Source: an uncultured Acidobacteriota bacterium
Lineage (GTDB): Bacteria; Acidobacteriota; Vicinamibacteria; Fen-336
Length of the DNA stretch: 64,000 nt
Direction of reading: 5' to 3'
NCBI GenBank assembly: GCA_963720545.1
Contig: OY970399.1
Span: 3,168,001 to 3,232,000 of the forward strand
The notes under the pieces were generated by a model. It made no database searches, was not told the origin of the DNA, and saw only the letters and a program-made list of their open reading frames with translations. The translations under genes were made by a program, and so were the position numbers. This document shows positions 60,004-64,000 of this stretch, in pieces; position 1 is the stretch's first letter, and every line of letters starts with the position of its first letter.

Positions 60004-63000
60004 GTGAGCTACCAGGACGCCTACGATCCCGAAGAGGGCATCGCCATCATCGGCCTCGCCGGCCGCTTCCCGGGCGCCGCGGACGTGGACGAATTCTGGC
60101 GCAACCTCGAGGCCGGCCGCGAGACGATCGCGAGCTTTGCGCCCGGCGAACTCGAGCCGGCGCTGGGCGAAGAGGCGCCGTCGCGCAACGACCCCGCGTA
60201 CGTGCGCGCGCGCGGCATTCTCGAGGGCATCGACCTCTTCGACGCGTCGTTCTTCGGCATCACGCCGAAGGAGGCCGAGATCCTCGACCCGCAGCAGCGC
60301 GTGTTCATGGAGGCGGCCTGGCACGCCCTCGAGAACGCCGGCTACGACGCACGCGCCTTCGGCGGCGCCATCGGCGTGTTCGCGGGCATGAGCAACAACA
60401 CCTATTTCCGCGAGAACCTCGCGGCGCGTGCCGACGTCACCGACCTGGCGGGCTGGCTGACGACGATGATGGCGAACGAGAAGGACTATCTCGCGACGCG
60501 CATCGCCTACAAGTTCGACCTGCGCGGCCCGGCGCTCAACATCCAGACCGCGTGCTCCACTTCGCTGGTCGCCGTGTGCGCCGCGGTGCAGAGCCTGCTG
60601 ACCTACCAGTGCGACCTGGCGCTTGCCGGCGGCGTCTCGATCACGCTGCCGCAGCGGCGCGGCTACCTGCACCAGGAGGGCGGCATCACCTCGAGCGACG
60701 GCCATTGCCGCACCTTCGACGCGAGCGCCTCGGGCACCGTCTTCAGCAATGGCCTGGGGCTCGTCGCCCTGCGCCGCCTGCGCGACGCGCTCGCCGACCG
60801 CGACACGATCTACGCGGTCATCAAGGGCGCCGGCATGAACAACGACGGCTCGGCGAAGGTGAGTTTCACCGCGCCCAGCGTTTCCGGGCACGCCGCCGTC
60901 ATCGCCCTTGCGCAGGCGCTCTCCGGCATCGACCCGCAGACGATCTCCTACGTCGAGGCGCACGGCACCGCGACACCACTCGGCGACCCGGTCGAGCTTG
61001 CGGGATTGACGCAGGCGTTTCGCGCCGGCGGTGCCGCAGGCACCGGTTTCTGCGCGATCGGCTCGGTGAAGAGCAATGTCGGCCACCTCGACGCCGCCGC
61101 CGGCGTCGCGGGCCTCATCAAGACGGCGCTGGCGCTGCACCACAAGACGCTGCCCGCGAGCCTGCACTTCCAGGCGCCGAATCCCAAGCTCGAGCTCGAG
61201 TCGTCGCCCTTTCGCGTGGTGACGGCGCGCGAGGACTGGCGGCCGGCTCCGGGCTTTCCGCGGCGCGCCGCGGTCAGTTCGTTCGGCGTCGGCGGCACCA
61301 ACGCCCATGTGGTGCTCGAAGAGGCGCCGCCGCACGCAGGAGCCGGCGGCGGGGACAGCGACGGCGAACAACTGCTGGTGCTCTCGGCGCGCTCGCGCGA
61401 AGCGCTCGATCTCGCGACCGGGCACCTCGGCGAGTATCTCGCGAGCCGCAGCGACATTGCGCTCGCCGACGCCGCGTTCACGCTGCAGGCGGGCCGCCGG
61501 CGCTTCAACCACCGGCGCGCGCTGGTGGTGCGCGATCGCGCCGACGCGCTGCAGCAGCTGGCGGCGGCGGGGAAGGCGGTCGCAACCGAGAGCGCCGACG
61601 AGGGCCGCACGGTTTCCTTCCTGTTTCCCGGACAGGGCTCGCAGGCGCCGTCGATGGCGCGCGGGCTGTACGACGGCGACCCGGCGTTTCGCAGCGACAT
61701 CGACGAGTGCGCGCAGGTGCTGCGCGCCGCCCTCGGCTTCGACTTGCGCGAAGTGCTCTATCCGGCGCCGGCACAGGAAGCAGCGGCGGCGGAGAGACTG
61801 CTGCAGACTTCGGTCACGCAGCCGGCGCTGTTTGTCGTCGAGTACGCGCTGGCGCGTGCGTGGCAGCGGCTGGGCGTCGAGCCCGACGGCATGCTGGGCC
61901 ATTCGGTCGGCGAGTACGTCGCCGCCACGCTTGGGTCGGTGTTCACCCGCGACGACGCCCTGCGCCTCGTGGCGCAGCGTGGCCAACTGATGCAGGCGCT
62001 GCCGCCGGGCGCCATGCTCGCCGTGAAGGCCGGCGCCGAAGCCGTGGCGGAGCTGCTGGCCGCGTTCGATGGCGCTGGCGTCGAGATTGCCGCCCGCAAC
62101 GCGCCGCTCCTGACCGTGGTCTCCGGGACGGAAGAGAAGATCGCCGCCTTCGAGGAGCGCGCGCGCGGTGCGGGCCTCGCCGCGAAGCGCCTCGCCACCT
62201 CGCACGCGTTCCACTCGGCGATGATGGAGCCGATCCTCGAAACCTTCACGAAGCTGGTGGCCGCGACGCCGCGCAGCGCGCCGCAGCTGCCATGGGTCTC
62301 GAGCCTCACCGGCACGTGGATCACGACCGCCGAGGCGCAATCGCCGGCGTACTGGGCCGAGCAGCTGCGCCGCCCGGTGTTGTTCGCCACCGGCGCTGCG
62401 ACGCTCCTCGCCGATCCACGGCGGGTCACGCTCGAGGTCGGGCCAGGCCAGCAGCTCACGGGTCTCGTCCGCCAGACGGTTCAAGGCCGCGCCGGTGCGG
62501 CATCGCTTGCGCCTTCGCTCCTCGCGGCGGCCGCTCGCTTGTGGACCGTCGGCGTCGACCTCGACTGGACGGCGTTCCAGCAAGGCGCCGCGCGGCGACG
62601 TGTGCCGCTCCCCGGCTATCCGTTCGAACACAAGCGCTATTGGGTCGAACCCGGGACCCAGGCGCTGCCCCCGGCCGCCGTCGCCTTTTCACAACCGGAA
62701 CAACATGAGGAACAGCAGATGACAGTCACCGCCGTTTCCGCCCCCGCGCGCATCGACGCCCTGGTGGTCCGGCTGCAGGCGCTCTTCTCCGACTTGTCGG
62801 GCATCGACGCCGCGAGCCTGCCGCCGGGGACCGCCTTCCTCGAACTCGGGCTCGACTCGCTGTTCCTCACCCAGGCGGCGACGCTGCTGCAGAAGACCTT
62901 CGGCGTGAAGGTGACGTTCCGCGAGCTGCTCGACGAGCTGTCCACGATCGGCGCGCTGGCCGCCCACCTCGACAAGCTCCTGCCCCCGGACGCGGCGCCC

Positions 63001-64000
63001 GCGGCGCCCGGCACGGCGGCGCATGCAGCTGCGGCAGCGCGTCCCGCGGCCGCCGCCGCGGCGGCGACATTCGCCGGTGCCGGCGGCAGCGCCGTGGAAC
63101 GCCTGATCGCCGACCAGCTCGAGTTGATGCGCCAACAGCTCGAGATGATGCGCGGCGGCGCTCCGGCCCCGGCGGCGGCAGCACGGCCCGCGGAGCTTGC
63201 GCCACAGGCGGCAGCGCCGGCGCGCGTGGTGACGAACGCGCCGCCGATCGCCGCACCGGTTGTCGCCTTCGGCCCGTACCGTCCGCCCGCCAAGGGTCCG
63301 ATGGGCGGCCTCACCGAGCGCCAGCAGCAGGGCCTCGCCGCCATCATCGAGCGCTATACGAAGAAGACCGCGGGCTCGAAGGCGGCGACCGCGAAGAACC
63401 GCCCGCACCTCGCCGATCCGCGCTCGGTTGCCGGCTTCCGCCTCATGTGGAAGGAAATCGTCTACCCGATCGTCACGGTGCGCTCTCTCGGCTCGCGACT
63501 CTGGGACGTGGACGGCAACGAGTACGTGGACCTCACCAACGGCTTCGGCATGATCTTCTTCGGCCACAACCCGCAGTTCGTGCGCGACGCGGTGAAGGCG
63601 CAGATGGACCAGGGCGTCGAGATCGGGCCGCAGTCGCCGCTGGCGGGCGAAGTTGCCGAGCGCGTGGCGCGCATGGTCGGCATGGACCGCGTCGCTTTCT
63701 GCAACACCGGCTCGGAAGCGGTCACCGCGGCGATCCGCCTGGCGCGCACGGTCAGCGGCCGCGACAAGATCGCGATGTTCGCCGGCGCCTACCACGGCAT
63801 CTTCGACGAGGTGCTGGTGCGGCCGGCAGGGCAGCGCTCGATGCCGATCGCCCCGGGCATCCCGGCCGGCATGGTCGACAACGTCGTGATCCTCGACTAC
63901 GGCAGCGACAGCGCGCTGGAATACCTGAAGGCGCACGGCTCGGAGCTGGCTGCGCTGCTGGTGGAGCCGGTGCAGAGCCGGCGCCCAGACCTGCAGCCGC
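60004..64000 (+). CDS. Type I PKS KS-AT-ACP-class III aminotransferase, partial (runs off the right end)
   Basis: Absent from the ORF track because it has no stop. GTG directly after the NRPS TAA. IAIIGLAGRFPG, QTACSTS, EAHGTAT, GHLDAAAG, AT GHSVGEY and HAFHS, ACP LGLDSL, aminotransferase WDVDGNEYVD, CNTGSEA, YHG, VEPVQSRRP. Confidence 0.95.
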   Translation, partial: MSYQDAYDPEEGIAIIGLAGRFPGAADVDEFWRNLEAGRETIASFAPGELEPALGEEAPSRNDPAYVRARGILEGIDLFDASFFGITPKEAEILDPQQRVFMEAAWHALENAGYDARAFGGAIGVFAGMSNNTYFRENLAARADVTDLAGWLTTMMANEKDYLATRIAYKFDLRGPALNIQTACSTSLVAVCAAVQSLLTYQCDLALAGGVSITLPQRRGYLHQEGGITSSDGHCRTFDASASGTVFSNGLGLVALRRLRDALADRDTIYAVIKGAGMNNDGSAKVSFTAPSVSGHAAVIALAQALSGIDPQTISYVEAHGTATPLGDPVELAGLTQAFRAGGAAGTGFCAIGSVKSNVGHLDAAAGVAGLIKTALALHHKTLPASLHFQAPNPKLELESSPFRVVTAREDWRPAPGFPRRAAVSSFGVGGTNAHVVLEEAPPHAGAGGGDSDGEQLLVLSARSREALDLATGHLGEYLASRSDIALADAAFTLQAGRRRFNHRRALVVRDRADALQQLAAAGKAVATESADEGRTVSFLFPGQGSQAPSMARGLYDGDPAFRSDIDECAQVLRAALGFDLREVLYPAPAQEAAAAERLLQTSVTQPALFVVEYALARAWQRLGVEPDGMLGHSVGEYVAATLGSVFTRDDALRLVAQRGQLMQALPPGAMLAVKAGAEAVAELLAAFDGAGVEIAARNAPLLTVVSGTEEKIAAFEERARGAGLAAKRLATSHAFHSAMMEPILETFTKLVAATPRSAPQLPWVSSLTGTWITTAEAQSPAYWAEQLRRPVLFATGAATLLADPRRVTLEVGPGQQLTGLVRQTVQGRAGAASLAPSLLAAAARLWTVGVDLDWTAFQQGAARRRVPLPGYPFEHKRYWVEPGTQALPPAAVAFSQPEQHEEQQMTVTAVSAPARIDALVVRLQALFSDLSGIDAASLPPGTAFLELGLDSLFLTQAATLLQKTFGVKVTFRELLDELSTIGALAAHLDKLLPPDAAPAAPGTAAHAAAAARPAAAAAAATFAGAGGSAVERLIADQLELMRQQLEMMRGGAPAPAAAARPAELAPQAAAPARVVTNAPPIAAPVVAFGPYRPPAKGPMGGLTERQQQGLAAIIERYTKKTAGSKAATAKNRPHLADPRSVAGFRLMWKEIVYPIVTVRSLGSRLWDVDGNEYVDLTNGFGMIFFGHNPQFVRDAVKAQMDQGVEIGPQSPLAGEVAERVARMVGMDRVAFCNTGSEAVTAAIRLARTVSGRDKIAMFAGAYHGIFDEVLVRPAGQRSMPIAPGIPAGMVDNVVILDYGSDSALEYLKAHGSELAALLVEPVQSRRPDLQP

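Noticed and set aside
60004..64000. Microcystin or iturin cluster because of the ACP-aminotransferase fusion
   Set aside because: The upstream NRPS architecture and gene context do not match those clusters. Only the domain type is shared.

Overview
High-GC bacterial DNA, tentatively Acidobacteria-like from the style of the TonB-dependent receptor, sulfatase-TPR and FG-GAP proteins. No rRNA, tRNA, CRISPR array or transposase was recognised. The left end (1-5054) carries a DNA topoisomerase VI operon (top6B, a divergent cysteine-synthase-like gene, top6A, then a partial Lys/Ala/Pro-rich gene) transcribed divergently from kynA. Most of the window (about 5.1-52.9 kb) is a large Wzy-type exopolysaccharide/capsule locus. 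Its assembly and export genes are an initiating phosphoglycosyltransferase, WecG, Wzy/WaaL-like, WecB, three GT4s, a short OPX plus beta-barrel, a polysaccharide co-polymerase and a BY-kinase. Its tailoring set is unusually rich: sulfotransferase, O-carbamoyltransferase with SxtJ/SxtK-like partners, embedded carB-carA, AsnB amidotransferase, ATP-grasp ligase, deacetylases, a ThDP enzyme, a UbiA-like transferase, a heparinase II/III-like protein and two paralogous beta-helix proteins. A 9-kb block (Mo-oxidoreductase, TPR protein, sulfatase-like-TPR, TonB-dependent receptor) interrupts the locus. Directly after the BY-kinase, on the same strand with no visible terminator, come an Sfp-type PPTase, an NRPS (C-A[Thr]-T-E-C-T) and a PKS (KS-AT-ACP-aminotransferase, running off the window). 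The best candidate for an undescribed system is this polysaccharide-NRPS/PKS hybrid cluster. Regulatory signals read from the sequence include many TAnnnT boxes 5-9 nt upstream of start codons (leaderless-type), a palindromic bidirectional extended -10 and a consensus CRP-type site at class II spacing. Several genes are frameshifted, most likely by sequencing error.
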